Assembly: GCA_040766505.1 (NCBI GenBank)
Contig: JAXGQJ010000007.1
Span: 21,232 to 85,231 of the forward strand
DNA: 64,000 nucleotides
From: Clostridiales bacterium
Lineage (GTDB): Bacteria > Bacillota > Dehalobacteriia > UBA7702
Direction: 5' to 3'
Made by a program: the position numbers and the translations under genes. The notes beneath the pieces are model-generated. The model did no database searches. It had not been told where the DNA came from and saw only the letters and a list, made by a program, of their open reading frames with translations. Below, one piece after another: positions 39,976-50,465 of the stretch; position 1 is the stretch's first letter, and every line of letters begins with the position of its first letter.

Positions 39976-42590
39976 ATGTTAAAAGCATTCAAAAACCTGT
40001 TTGACGACAATGCGAAGGACATCAAGAAATACGAGAAAAGGGCGGAGGAGGTCAATGGTTGGGAAGCGGAGATCGCCGCCTTGAGCGATGCGGAACTAAA
40101 GGGGAAAACCGCCTATTTTAAAGCGAAGCTGGAGGCGGGGGCCACCCTCGACCATATTTTACCGGAAGCCTTTGCCGTGGTGCGGGAAACGTCGAAACGG
40201 GTGCTCGCCATGCGCCATTTCGATGTGCAGTTGATCGGCGGCATGGTTTTGCACGACGGGCGCATCGCCGAGATGAAAACCGGGGAAGGGAAAACCCTGG
40301 TGGCGACTTTGCCCGCCTATCTGAACGCCCTCACCGGCAAAGGGGTTCACATCGTCACCGTCAACGACTATCTCGCCAAACGGGACAGCGAATGGATGGG
40401 CCGGATCTACCGCTTTCTCGGTCTGGAGGTGGGGCTGAATGTCCACGGCCTCAATCCCGACGAAAAGCTTGCCGCCTACAGCGCCGACATCACCTATGGC
40501 ACCAACAATGAATTCGGCTTCGACTATCTGCGGGACAATATGGCGGTACGCTCCGAAGCCGTCGTGCAGAAGCACCTCTATTATGCGATCATCGACGAAG
40601 TGGACAGCATCCTCATCGACGAAGCGCGGACGCCGCTGATCATCTCCGGCCAGGCGGAAAAGCCGACGGAGCACTACTATACCGTCGCGAAGCTGATCCC
40701 CCGGCTGAAACCGGAGGAAGATTTCAATGTCGACGAGAAGATGAAGGCCGCCACCCTCACGGAAGAGGGGATCAGCAAGATGGAAAAGTATCTCGGCCTA
40801 GAAAATTTGTACGACGATGAGAATACGGAATGGAGTCATCTGGTGTCCCAGGCCTTAAAAGCCAGAACCCTGTTCCGCCGGGATCGGGACTATGTGGTGA
40901 AGGACGGCGAGGTGATCATCGTCGATGAGTTCACCGGCCGCCTGATGTTCGGCCGCCGCTATAGCGATGGGCTTCACCAGGCCCTGGAAGCCAAAGAAGG
41001 GTGAAGATCGAACGGGAAAGCCAGACCCTTGCCACCATTACCTTTCAGAATTATTTCCGCATGTATGAAAAACTGTCGGGAATGACCGGTACCGCCAAAA
41101 CCGAGGAATCGGAATTCACAAAGATCTATCGCGTCGATGTGGTGCAGGTGCCGCCGAACCGGGAGATGGTTCGGGTGGACATGCCCGATGTGATCTACCG
41201 CACGATGAACGGCAAACAGGCCGCCATCGTCGAAGAGATCGTCGCCGCCCATGCCCAGGGCCAACCGGTGCTGGTGGGCACCGTGTCCATCGAAAAATCT
41301 GAGATCCTGAGCCGGGAACTGAAGCGGCGGGGCGTCCGCCACAGCGTGCTGAACGCCAAATTCCATGAGATGGAGGCGCAAATCATCGCCCAGGCCGGGG
41401 CCTTGGCCGCCGTCACCATCGCCACGAATATGGCGGGCCGCGGCACCGACATCCTGCTGGGCGGCAATCCGGAGTTTTTGGCCCGGGATCGGCTGCGCCA
41501 GATCGAGGAAAATGGCCAGGAAGGGGATTATGAGCCCTCCTGGCCGAATACAAAACCAAGTGCGACAGGAGAAGGAAGAAATCGTCGCCGCCGGCGGCCT
41601 CTATGTTCTCGGCACCGAACGCCATGAAAGCCGCCGCATCGACAACCAGCTTAGGGGCCGCAGCGGCCGCCAGGGAGATCCGGGCAAAAGCCGCTTTTTC
41701 CTCCTCGATGGAGGACGATCTGATGCCTTCTTCGGTTCCGCCAATATGGCGGCGGTGATGGACAAATTCGGCATCGACGATACGATGCCCATCGATTCGG
41801 CGATGGTGTCCAAAAGCCTGGAAAATGCCCAGAAAAGGTGGAAAACAACAATTTCGATATGCGGAAGCATGTGCTGGAATATGACGATGTCATGAACAAT
41901 CAGCGGGAGGTGATCTATGGCCAGCGCCGGGAGGTGCTGCTGAAGGAAAACATCCGGGAACAGGTGCTGCGCATCCTGCATAAGGCGATGGATCGGGTTT
42001 TGGAGAATCATACCAATGACAGCCAGCATCCGGAAGAGTGGGATTTGGAAACCATCGCCGAAGAGGCGAGGGTTCTGCTGCCCCACCATACCCATACCGC
42101 CGCGTCCCTGTCTCTGCTTTCGGCCCAGGAGATCGGGGAGCGGCTTCACGCCGATGTCGACGCTGCCTTTGCCGCCCGGGAAGAGGAGCTGGGCCGGGAA
42201 AATATGGAAAACCTCGCCCGTTTCATCATTTTGCGGGTGGTGGACCAGCAATGGATGGACCATCTGGACGCAATGGACCAGCTGCGCCAAGGCATCGGTT
42301 TAAGGGCCTATGGCCAAAAGGATCCGTTGGTGGAATATAAATTTGAAGCCTTTGACATGTTCCAGGAAATGGTTTACAATATCCAACGGGAAGTCTCCCG
42401 CTATGTGATGCGGGTCAATGTGGTGGAACGGCCCAAAGAGGCCAAGATCACCGCGGAAAACCGTTCCGGCGAAGAAGCCCAGGGGAAAAAGCCGGTGCGC
42501 AAGGAGAAAACCGTCGGCCGCAACGATCCCTGTCCCTGTGGCAGCGGCAAAAAATACAAAAAATGTTGCGGTCAGAACAATAAGGGGTGA
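39976..42590 (+). CDS. secA: preprotein translocase ATPase SecA (at least three homopolymer frameshifts)
   Basis: [21 protein letters not shown]...[41 protein letters not shown]...; C-terminal zinc motif [19 protein letters not shown]. The junction at 41000 has GGG where GGGG restores ...EAKEGVKIERE... Confidence 0.95.
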
Positions 42591-42594
42591 TTTG

Positions 42595-43702
42595 ATGCTA
42601 TCCGACCTTAAACAGGATTTACAGGTGATTAAACGCAGATTGGCAGATCTGAGGGATGCACTTTGACGTCGATGGCTTAACGGAAACCATCGACGGTTTG
42701 GAGCGGGAAAGCGCCGGCGACGGCTTCTGGCTCGACCAGCAGGCGGCCCAAAAGGTGCTGCAAACGATTACCGTGCTGAAAAGCCAACGGGAAACCTATC
42801 GGAAGGTGGAACGGGTTTTCGACGATGTCTATGCCTACTGGGAACTGGCGACGGAAGAGGGAGAGGAAAGCCTCGCCGAGGAGATCGCCGCCCAGATCAA
42901 AAAAAGCGAGAAAGAAGTCGACCGTCTGGAATTGAATACGCTGCTGAGCGGCAAATATGACGGCCATCATGCGATCTTATCGCTCCATGCCGGCAGCGGC
43001 GGTGTGGAAGCCCAGGACTGGACAGGGATGCTCTACCGCATGTATATGCGCTACTGTGAGAAACAGGGTTATAAAACGGAACTGATCGACATGCTTCCCG
43101 GTGAAGAGGCCGGTACGAAAAGCGTCACCTTCGGGGTGGAGGGCCACAATGCCTTCGGCTATCTGAAATGCGAGAAAGGCGTCCACCGCCTGGTGCGCAT
43201 CTCTCCCTTCGATTCCAATCGCCGCCGCCATACCTCCTTCGCCTCCCTCGACGTTATCCCCCAGGTGGCGGACGACGATGAGATCGAAATCCATGAGGAC
43301 GATCTCAGGATCGACACCTACCGTTCCGGCGGCGCCGGCGGCCAGCATGTCAATAAAACCGATTCCGCCGTGCGCATCACCCATATCCCCACCGGCATTG
43401 TCACCCAATGCCAGGACGAGCGCTCCCAGCACGCCAATAAAGACAAGGCGATGAAGATTTTAAAGGCCAAGCTGCTCGATAAAAAACGGATCGAACAGGA
43501 AAGCGAACTGGCGGGCATCCGCGGCGAACAGCAGGAGATCGGCTGGGGCAGCCAGATCCGCTCCTATGTCTTTCATCCCTATAAAATGGTGAAAGACCAT
43601 CGAACCGGCGTGGAGGTCGGCAATGTCGACGCGGTGATGGACGGCGAGCTGGACGATTTTATTTTCGGCTATCTGAAAGAATTCGTAAAGAAAAACAAAT
43701 AA
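42595..43702 (+). CDS. prfB: peptide chain release factor 2 with the programmed +1 frameshift
   Basis: MLSDLKQDLQVIKRRLADLRDAL-(CTT TGA C) continues in +1 as DVDGLTETIDGLE...; SPF and GGQ motifs (RISPFDS, SGGAGGQHVNKTDSAVRITH). Confidence 0.95.
42651..42667 (+). other. prfB programmed +1 frameshift site
   Basis: SD-like GAGGG, a 5-nt spacer, then CTT TGA C (TGA at 42664-42666). Confidence 0.9.
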
Positions 43703-43718
43703 ACCGGCCATACTAGAA

Positions 43719-43745
43719 GGGAAAGCGCGGCGCTTTCCCTTTTCC
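43719..43745 (+). terminator. rho-independent terminator after prfB
   Basis: GGGAAAGCG-cgg-CGCTTTCCC followed by TTTTCC. Confidence 0.65.
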
Positions 43746-43820
43746 GTGTACCGGCCTTCCCGCGGCGGGGAAAAGGCGTTCGATTTTGGCGGCGCCGCCG
43801 CGGCAACAAGGGAGGTAAAC

Positions 43821-44663
43821 ATGGTACGCTGGTTGAGACGGTATCTGCTTTTGGCTTTGGGAAGCCTCACGGTTTCCTTCGGTTTGGCCGCCTTTCTCGT
43901 TCCCCATAAGATCGTCGCCGGCGGCACCACCGGCCTTGCCACGATCCTCTATCACCTGACGGGCTTTCCCATCGGCCTGCTCGTCCTCGGCCTCGATGTT
44001 CCGCTGCTGCTTTGGGCCATCCGTGAGATGGGCTGGCATATCGGGGCCAATACCCTTTATTCCACGGCGCTGGTGGCGATATTTCTGCAAACGTTCCAGG
44101 CCTTGTTTCCCCAAGCCCTGACCGCCGATCCGCTGCTCGCTACCTTATACGGCGGCGGCCTCTGCGGCCTCGGCCTCGGGCTGACCTTTCGCCTAAAGGG
44201 CACCACCGGCGGCACCGATCTCCTCGCCGCCATCATCAACCACCGTTCCGGCCTCGGCCTCGGTTCCAGCCTCTTCATCGTCGACGGCATCGTCATCGCC
44301 CTTTCCGGCCTGATCTTCGATTTTTCGCTGATGCTCTATGGCCTGATCGCGATCTTTCTCTCCAGCCAGGCCATCGACTGGGTGCAATCGGGGCTCAGCC
44401 GGGCCAAGGCGGTTTTCATCGTCTGCGGCGATCCGGAAAGGCTGCGGGAAAAAATCCTCGCGGATCTGGGCCGCGGCGTCACCCTGTTGCAGGGGGAAGG
44501 GGGGTACAGCCGCGCCCCGAAACCGGTTCTGCTCACCGTTGTCGGCCAGGGGGAAATTAGCGCGCTGAAATCCATCGTGCAAAATGCGGACGCCAATGCC
44601 TTTGTTATCGTCAGCCCCGCGGCGGAGGTTTTGGGGGAAGGTTTCAAAGCCGGCGCCGATTGA
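43821..44663 (+). CDS. YitT-family membrane protein with a C-terminal DUF2179 domain
   Basis: LGSLTVSFGLAAFLVPHKIVAGGTTGLATILYH..., second GGTDLLAAII repeat, and C-terminal ...VTLLQGEGGYSR...LLTVV...DANAFVIVSPAAEVLGEGF. Confidence 0.8.
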   Translation: MVRWLRRYLLLALGSLTVSFGLAAFLVPHKIVAGGTTGLATILYHLTGFPIGLLVLGLDVPLLLWAIREMGWHIGANTLYSTALVAIFLQTFQALFPQALTADPLLATLYGGGLCGLGLGLTFRLKGTTGGTDLLAAIINHRSGLGLGSSLFIVDGIVIALSGLIFDFSLMLYGLIAIFLSSQAIDWVQSGLSRAKAVFIVCGDPERLREKILADLGRGVTLLQGEGGYSRAPKPVLLTVVGQGEISALKSIVQNADANAFVIVSPAAEVLGEGFKAGAD

Positions 44664-44859
44664 ATGGGGCTTTCGCCGGGAAGGTTGTGAAAAAAGCGTG
44701 AACAAACAGGGGGAAAGCCCCGGCAAAGATAGAATTTTATGCCCCAATGACAAGATTTTTCCATGAATTTGGGGTTTCTTCCCAGAAAATCTTTGCGTAA
44801 CCCTCTTTCATGTGGTATACTCAAGTGTGTCTTAAAAAATAGAATGGAGTATTTATGAG

Positions 44860-45552
44860 ATGATCAGTCTGTTGGATGTAACGAAGGTTTACAAAAACGG
44901 ACACATGGCCCTCGATGGGATCAGCATAGAGATTGAACAAGGCGATTTTGTTTTTATATGTGGCCAGAGCGGCGCGGGGAAGAGCACATTGATCCGCCTT
45001 TTCTTCCGGGAAGAAGCGGTCACCGGCGGTGAAATCATTATCAACAACCGAAGTCTCGTCCGCATCCGCCGCCGGGATCTGCTCAAGCACCGGCGGGAAA
45101 TGGGGATGGTGTTTCAGGATTATCGGCTTTTGCCCAAGAAAAATGTTTTTGAAAACGTGGCCTTCGCGATGGAAGCGACGGAACATAAAAAAAGTGAGAT
45201 TCTAGAGCGGGTGCCGGAAGTATTGGAAATGGTGGGCCTACAGGAAAAGATACGCAGCTTTCCTTCGCAATTGTCCGGCGGGGAGCAGCAGCGAACCGCC
45301 ATCGCCCGGGCTTTGGTCAATGACCCGAAAATCCTCATCGCCGACGAACCCACCGGCAATCTTGACCCGCAAAATTCCTTCGAACTGATGGACGTGTTCA
45401 ACCGCATCAATGAAAGCGGCACCACGGTGATTATGGCGACCCACGCCAAAGACATCGTCAATGCGATGAAAAAGCGGGTCATCATGTTGGACAAGGGCGT
45501 CATCGCTTATGATGAACGGGAAGGAGAGTACCATGAAGCTGCGATCCTTTAA
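44860..45552 (+). CDS. ftsE: cell-division ABC ATPase FtsE
   Basis: GQSGAGKSTL, LSGGEQQRTAIARAL, ILIADEPTGNLD. Confidence 0.9.
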   Translation: MISLLDVTKVYKNGHMALDGISIEIEQGDFVFICGQSGAGKSTLIRLFFREEAVTGGEIIINNRSLVRIRRRDLLKHRREMGMVFQDYRLLPKKNVFENVAFAMEATEHKKSEILERVPEVLEMVGLQEKIRSFPSQLSGGEQQRTAIARALVNDPKILIADEPTGNLDPQNSFELMDVFNRINESGTTVIMATHAKDIVNAMKKRVIMLDKGVIAYDEREGEYHEAAIL

Positions 45553-46429
45553 CCGTTTCTTTGCGGAGGCCTTTCAGTCTGTGCGCCGCAATGCGGTGAT
45601 GAGCGTCGCCTCCATCGTTACCATCGCGCTGACTTTATTTGTCTGCGGTGTTTTCGGCATCATCGTTTTGAACCTGCACCACTTTTCCAAAGACATCGAA
45701 AAAACCGTGGAAATCCAGGCTTTTCTTGACGAAACGGTGACCGCCGCCGACAGAGACGCGGTGGAAACCGAGATTATGGCTTTGCCCGGCGTCGTCAAGA
45801 TCGAATTCGTCAGCAAGGATTTGGGCCTGGAAAATATGGCGAAACGGCTGGGACAAACACCGGAGAGCTTGAAATCGAGCCTCGGCGGCAATCCTTTGCC
45901 CGATTCTTATCTGGTGCGGGTGGCCAATGCCGACGATGTGGTGCCCGTCGCCGGTTTACTGGAAAATGTCAGCCGCGTCGAGGAAGTGAACTATGGCGGC
46001 GGCGTCGTCGAGAAGATGTTTTCGGTGCTGCAATGGGTGCGCTATTTCGGCATCGGCGTCATCGCCTTTTTAATCGTCGCTTCCATCATCATCGTGGCCT
46101 TTAATATCAAGATGACGGTGGCGAACCGCAAGTGGGAAATCGTTATCATGCGCTATGTCGGGGCTTCCAACTGGTATATCCGTTGGCCCTTCTGTATCGC
46201 CGGTATGTTGATGGGGCTTTTCGGCGCTTTGATCGCCGTCGGAATTCTTTATGTTTCCTATGGCTTCGCCATCAATTATGTCAATGAGGTTTTGGTGTTT
46301 AGCAATTTGGTTTCCGGTACCGTCACCTTGACCTATATGTATATCGGGATGCTGGTTTTGGGTTTGGTTTTGGGTTCCGCGGGCAGTTTGCTTTCGCTCA
46401 ATGTCTATCTGCGGGAACGAAGCTGTTGA
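45533..46429 (+). CDS. ftsX: cell-division permease FtsX
   Basis: MKLRSFNRFFAEAFQSVRRNAVMSVASIVTIALTLF..., a periplasmic loop, then 3 C-terminal TM helices. It overlaps the ftsE end. Confidence 0.85.
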   Translation: MKLRSFNRFFAEAFQSVRRNAVMSVASIVTIALTLFVCGVFGIIVLNLHHFSKDIEKTVEIQAFLDETVTAADRDAVETEIMALPGVVKIEFVSKDLGLENMAKRLGQTPESLKSSLGGNPLPDSYLVRVANADDVVPVAGLLENVSRVEEVNYGGGVVEKMFSVLQWVRYFGIGVIAFLIVASIIIVAFNIKMTVANRKWEIVIMRYVGASNWYIRWPFCIAGMLMGLFGALIAVGILYVSYGFAINYVNEVLVFSNLVSGTVTLTYMYIGMLVLGLVLGSAGSLLSLNVYLRERSC

Positions 46430-46459
46430 CCGTAAAAAAATTGGGAGGTTGCTTTTGTC

Positions 46460-47589
46460 ATGGGAAAGAAACATCTATTTCGGTTTGGCCTCGTTCTTCT
46501 TTTAATTTTTGTTTGCAGCGCCGGTGCTTTCGCCGCCAATGTCGGCGACCTGAAGGAAAAGAAGAGCGATGTCGACAGTAAAATCAACCATACGCAAAAG
46601 AAAATCGATGAAGTGAAGGAAAATCAAAAGACCGCTTTGCAGCAATTGGCGGATTTGGAGGACAAGATCGGCGCTCTGGAAGGGGAAATCGCCCAGTTGG
46701 AGAACGACCTTGTAAAGGCCAAGGCCGATTTGGAAAAGCAGGAAGCGGAATTGAAGGTTCTCGAAGATAAGCTGGAGAAATCACAAGCCGCCATGCAAGG
46801 CCGGGTCAAGGGCATTTATGTCAATGGCGATATTTCCTATCTCGACGTTTTGTTCAGCGCCAACTCCATCGACGAATTTTTGTCCAGCTTCGTATTCTTC
46901 GAGAAGATCATGGAACAGGACAAGACCACCATCGCCGCGATTCAGGAAAACAAGCGGCTGGCCAAGGAAAAGTTGGAGGAACTCCAGGCCACAAAAAGCA
47001 AAATCGAGGGACTAAAGGGCAATAAAGAAGCCCAGGAAGCGGAATTCAGCCTTCAGAAGGATGAGAAAGACCAGGTAATTACCGCGCTGGAAGCGAGGCC
47101 GCGGCCTTGGAAGAAGCGTTGAAGGAATTTGAGGCGATGTCGAACGAGATCGCGTCGAAGATCGCCGCCGCGGCGGGCAGCGGCATCGCCTATACCGGCA
47201 ATGGCCAATTCGGTTGGCCGGTACCGGCCAGCCATTCCATCTCCTCGCCATTTGGTTACCGCACCCACCCGATCACCGGCAAGCAATCCTTCCACACCGG
47301 CATCGACATTCCGGCCCCTACGGGTTCGGCGGTGGTGGCGGCGGAGAGCGGCACCGTGATCTATGTCGGCGCATTAAGCGTATACGGCAATACCGTTCTC
47401 ATCAATCACGGCGGCGGTTACAGCACCTTTTATGCGCACCTCTCCTCCTATGCGGTGGGCAATGGCCAAAGCGTTTCCCGCGGCCAACAGGTCGGCGGTG
47501 TCGGCAGTACGGGTTGGAGCACAGGCCCCCATCTTCATTTTGAAGTACGGGTCAACGGTTCGCCCCAGAACCCCGCCTCCTATGTATAA
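46460..47589 (+). CDS. coiled-coil M23 metalloendopeptidase (EnvC/PcsB-like), one frameshift near 47100
   Basis: Signal peptide, long coiled coil, then M23 motifs [14 protein letters not shown] and [19 protein letters not shown]. Confidence 0.85.
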
Positions 47590-47652
47590 CCCGTACCTTT
47601 TGGGGCGGCCCCGGTTTTGGAGAGGAAAACAGACAAAGAGAGGTATCAAAAC

Positions 47653-48861
47653 GTGAACATTCGCAGAATCCTTCCGGTCGGCATCATGCTATTGGTCTTG
47701 TTCTGCTTTGCCGGCGGCGTCGCGGCGGACAATTCCGTCGGCGATCTGCAATCGGAAAAGAGCCAGGTTCAAGATAAGATCGACACGAAGAAGCAGGAGC
47801 TCAAAGGCGTGCAGCAGAAAAAAGAGGCGACGCTGGAGGATCTCGACGCTCTGGAGACGGAGATCGCCACCGTCGGCGCGGAAATTGAACGTTTGAGCAA
47901 AGAGCTGGCCGATGCCCGGGCGAACCTCGCCAAGCAGGAAGAGGAGCTAAAAATTCTCGAAGAGAAATTGGCCGAATCCCAGGCCAGTATGAAGGACAGG
48001 GTAAAGAGCATCTACATCAACGGCGACATCTCCTATCTGGAAGTGATCTTCAATGCCAGCAGCATCAATGAATTCCTGTCGAACTTTATCTTCGTGGAAA
48101 AAATCGTCGAGCAGGACAAGTCCATCATCTTCACCATCGAGGAAAACAAGCGGCTGGCCAAGGAAAAGTACGATGAACTTCAGGCGACGAAAAGCAAGAT
48201 CGAAGGCTTGAAAACCAATAAAGAATCGGAAGAGGCGGTATATACCGCCCAGGAAAAGGAAAAGGCGGCGATGTTCGCCGCACTGGAACAGGACGAGGCC
48301 AGCTTAAAGCAGATCATCAGCGAATTCCAGCAGGAATCCGCCGCCATTGAAGCGGAAATTAAGGCCATCTATGCCCAACAGGAAGCGGCCAAAGCCGCCA
48401 AAGCGAAGCAACAACAGGCCGCCAACGGCGGCGAAGGGGAGGAAGGTTCCGCCGCCGATGGCGATACCGGCCCCACATACAGCGGCAATGGCCAATTTGC
48501 CCATCCTCTCGGCGGCAAAGGCTCCTATAGCTCTCCTTATGGCTATCGCGGTTCCGAATTCCATACCGGCCTGGACATCGCCGCGCCCCATGGCACCCCG
48601 GTGCTGGCGGCGGAAAGCGGCCGGGTGATCTTGGTGAAACGGCTCACCACTTCCTATGGCCAATATGTCGTTGTCGACCATGGCGGCGGTTACAGCACGC
48701 TGTATGCCCATATGTCGGCGATTTATGTCAGTGTCGGCCAGGATGTATCCAGGGGGCAGCAGATCGGCGCCGTTGGCAGCACCGGCCGGAGCACCGGCAA
48801 TCACCTCCATTTCGAGGTGCGGATCAATGGCTCGACGGTAAACCCCAAGTCCTATATTTAA
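47653..48861 (+). CDS. coiled-coil M23 metalloendopeptidase, tandem paralog
   Basis: Same architecture. FHTGLDIAAPHGTPV and GSTGRSTGNHLHFEVRING. Confidence 0.85.
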   Translation: MNIRRILPVGIMLLVLFCFAGGVAADNSVGDLQSEKSQVQDKIDTKKQELKGVQQKKEATLEDLDALETEIATVGAEIERLSKELADARANLAKQEEELKILEEKLAESQASMKDRVKSIYINGDISYLEVIFNASSINEFLSNFIFVEKIVEQDKSIIFTIEENKRLAKEKYDELQATKSKIEGLKTNKESEEAVYTAQEKEKAAMFAALEQDEASLKQIISEFQQESAAIEAEIKAIYAQQEAAKAAKAKQQQAANGGEGEEGSAADGDTGPTYSGNGQFAHPLGGKGSYSSPYGYRGSEFHTGLDIAAPHGTPVLAAESGRVILVKRLTTSYGQYVVVDHGGGYSTLYAHMSAIYVSVGQDVSRGQQIGAVGSTGRSTGNHLHFEVRINGSTVNPKSYI

Positions 48862-48896
48862 TCTCCGCTAAAATTCTTTTGCAAGTGGAAATATTT

Positions 48897-48928
48897 GAGG
48901 GTTTGCGCCGCGCAAGCCCTCTTCTTTT
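48897..48928 (+). terminator. rho-independent terminator
   Basis: GAGGGTTTGCG-ccg-CGCAAGCCCTC followed by TTCTTTT. Confidence 0.6.
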
Positions 48929-49185
48929 GCGGCCCGTTCCGAATCCTGGCGGAGAAAACCGGCGCCCGGGGGAAAAATCCCTGCTGAAAGTGGGGCGGGC
49001 CGAAAAAAGCCCGCCAGCGCCGCATCCCTTCCGGCGGCTTGCGCCCCGCCGCCGCCATATTGACCGCCATTGCATAATAAGATAAGATGTGACATATAAC
49101 AAAAGGGAACGATCCCCGGCAGGGCGTATTGTTCCCCGGCCGGCGGCGAGGATCGGCGCCGCCGCAAGGGCCGGGAGAAATGGAG

Positions 49186-50370
49186 ATGAGCGTTTTGAAG
49201 CAAAGGCGCGGTTTTATCAAGGGCCTCTTGGCCGGCATCCTGCTGCCATTGGCGGTGCTTTTTCTTTTTATTCTTTTCAATGTGGCGGGGATCGGCAACT
49301 TTTTTCAGTCTCTGGTTCTGATCAATACCCGAAGCCTCCATTCTCTCACCATGTCTCAGCAGGTAGAAGGGGGAATCAGCGGCATCATCGGCCAATTGGA
49401 GGATCCCTATTCCACCTTTTTGGACGCGGCGGCCTTTCATGAATTGCAGGAGGAAATCAACGGCACCTATGTGGGCATCGGCGTCTATCTGAACCAAGCC
49501 GACGAGAGCGGTTATGTGACGGTGATGGCGCCGATTAAAGGCTCCCCCGCCTTTGGAGGCGGGACTTTTGGCCGGTGATAAAATCATCTCCCTCGACGGT
49601 AAAGACCTGAAAGGCGTCGATACCGCGTCGGTAGCCGCCCGGATCAAGCAGGGGATGCCGATACCGTGGCGCTCGTGATCGAGCGGGAAGGCGAAAAGCT
49701 GGAATTTTCCGTGGAACGCCGGGGCATCGAGATTCCCACGGTGGAAGGGGAAATCCTGGACGCGGCGGAGAAGATCGGCTATATCAGCATCTCGATGTTC
49801 AGTTCTTTAACGGCCCAGGATTTCATCGGTACCTATAATGAATTGAGCGGCGAATCGCCGTTAAACGGCCTCATCGTCGATGTGCGCAACAATCCCGGCG
49901 GCAGCGTTCCGGCGGTGGTTTCCGTCGCCGAGCAATTCCTCGGCCTCGGCGAAAAGATCGTTTGGATGCAAAGCCGCGGCGGCGAAAGCTTCTTGGCTTC
50001 CGAGAACAGCAATCCCATCGCCATTCCCGTGGTGCTGCTGCTCAATGAGAACAGCGCCAGTGCCTCGGAAATTCTGGCGGGGGCATTAAAGGACCACGAT
50101 GTCGCCACTTTGGTCGGCGTTAAGAGCTTTGGCAAGGGCATCGTTCAATCGATCTTCGCTTTGCGGGGCGGCGCGGCGGTAAAACTGACCACCGCCCGCT
50201 ATCTGACACCGAACCGCGTCGACATTCACCAAAAAGGCGTCGAACCCCATGTGGAGGTGCCGCTGGCCGGGGACGACATCACCGTCATCTACACGCTGGA
50301 TCCGGCGAAAGACAATCAGCTGGCAAAGGCCCTGGAGATTCTGGGGCAAGCCGGTGCGCCCATTGATTGA
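49186..50370 (+). CDS. C-terminal processing peptidase (S41, CtpA-like), two frameshifts
   Basis: MSVLKQRRGF... TM segment, PDZ region (GDKIISLDGKDLKG), and S41 core (LIVDVRNNPGGS, SASASEILAGALKD, KSFGKGIVQ). Confidence 0.8.
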
Positions 50371-50465
50371 AGTGATTGAATCGATTATAGGGATACGAAG
50401 CGCACCGGCCCTTGGCGATCCGCCCCTTTTGGCGCCGCCCACCTAAACGGGAGGAGACGAAACGC

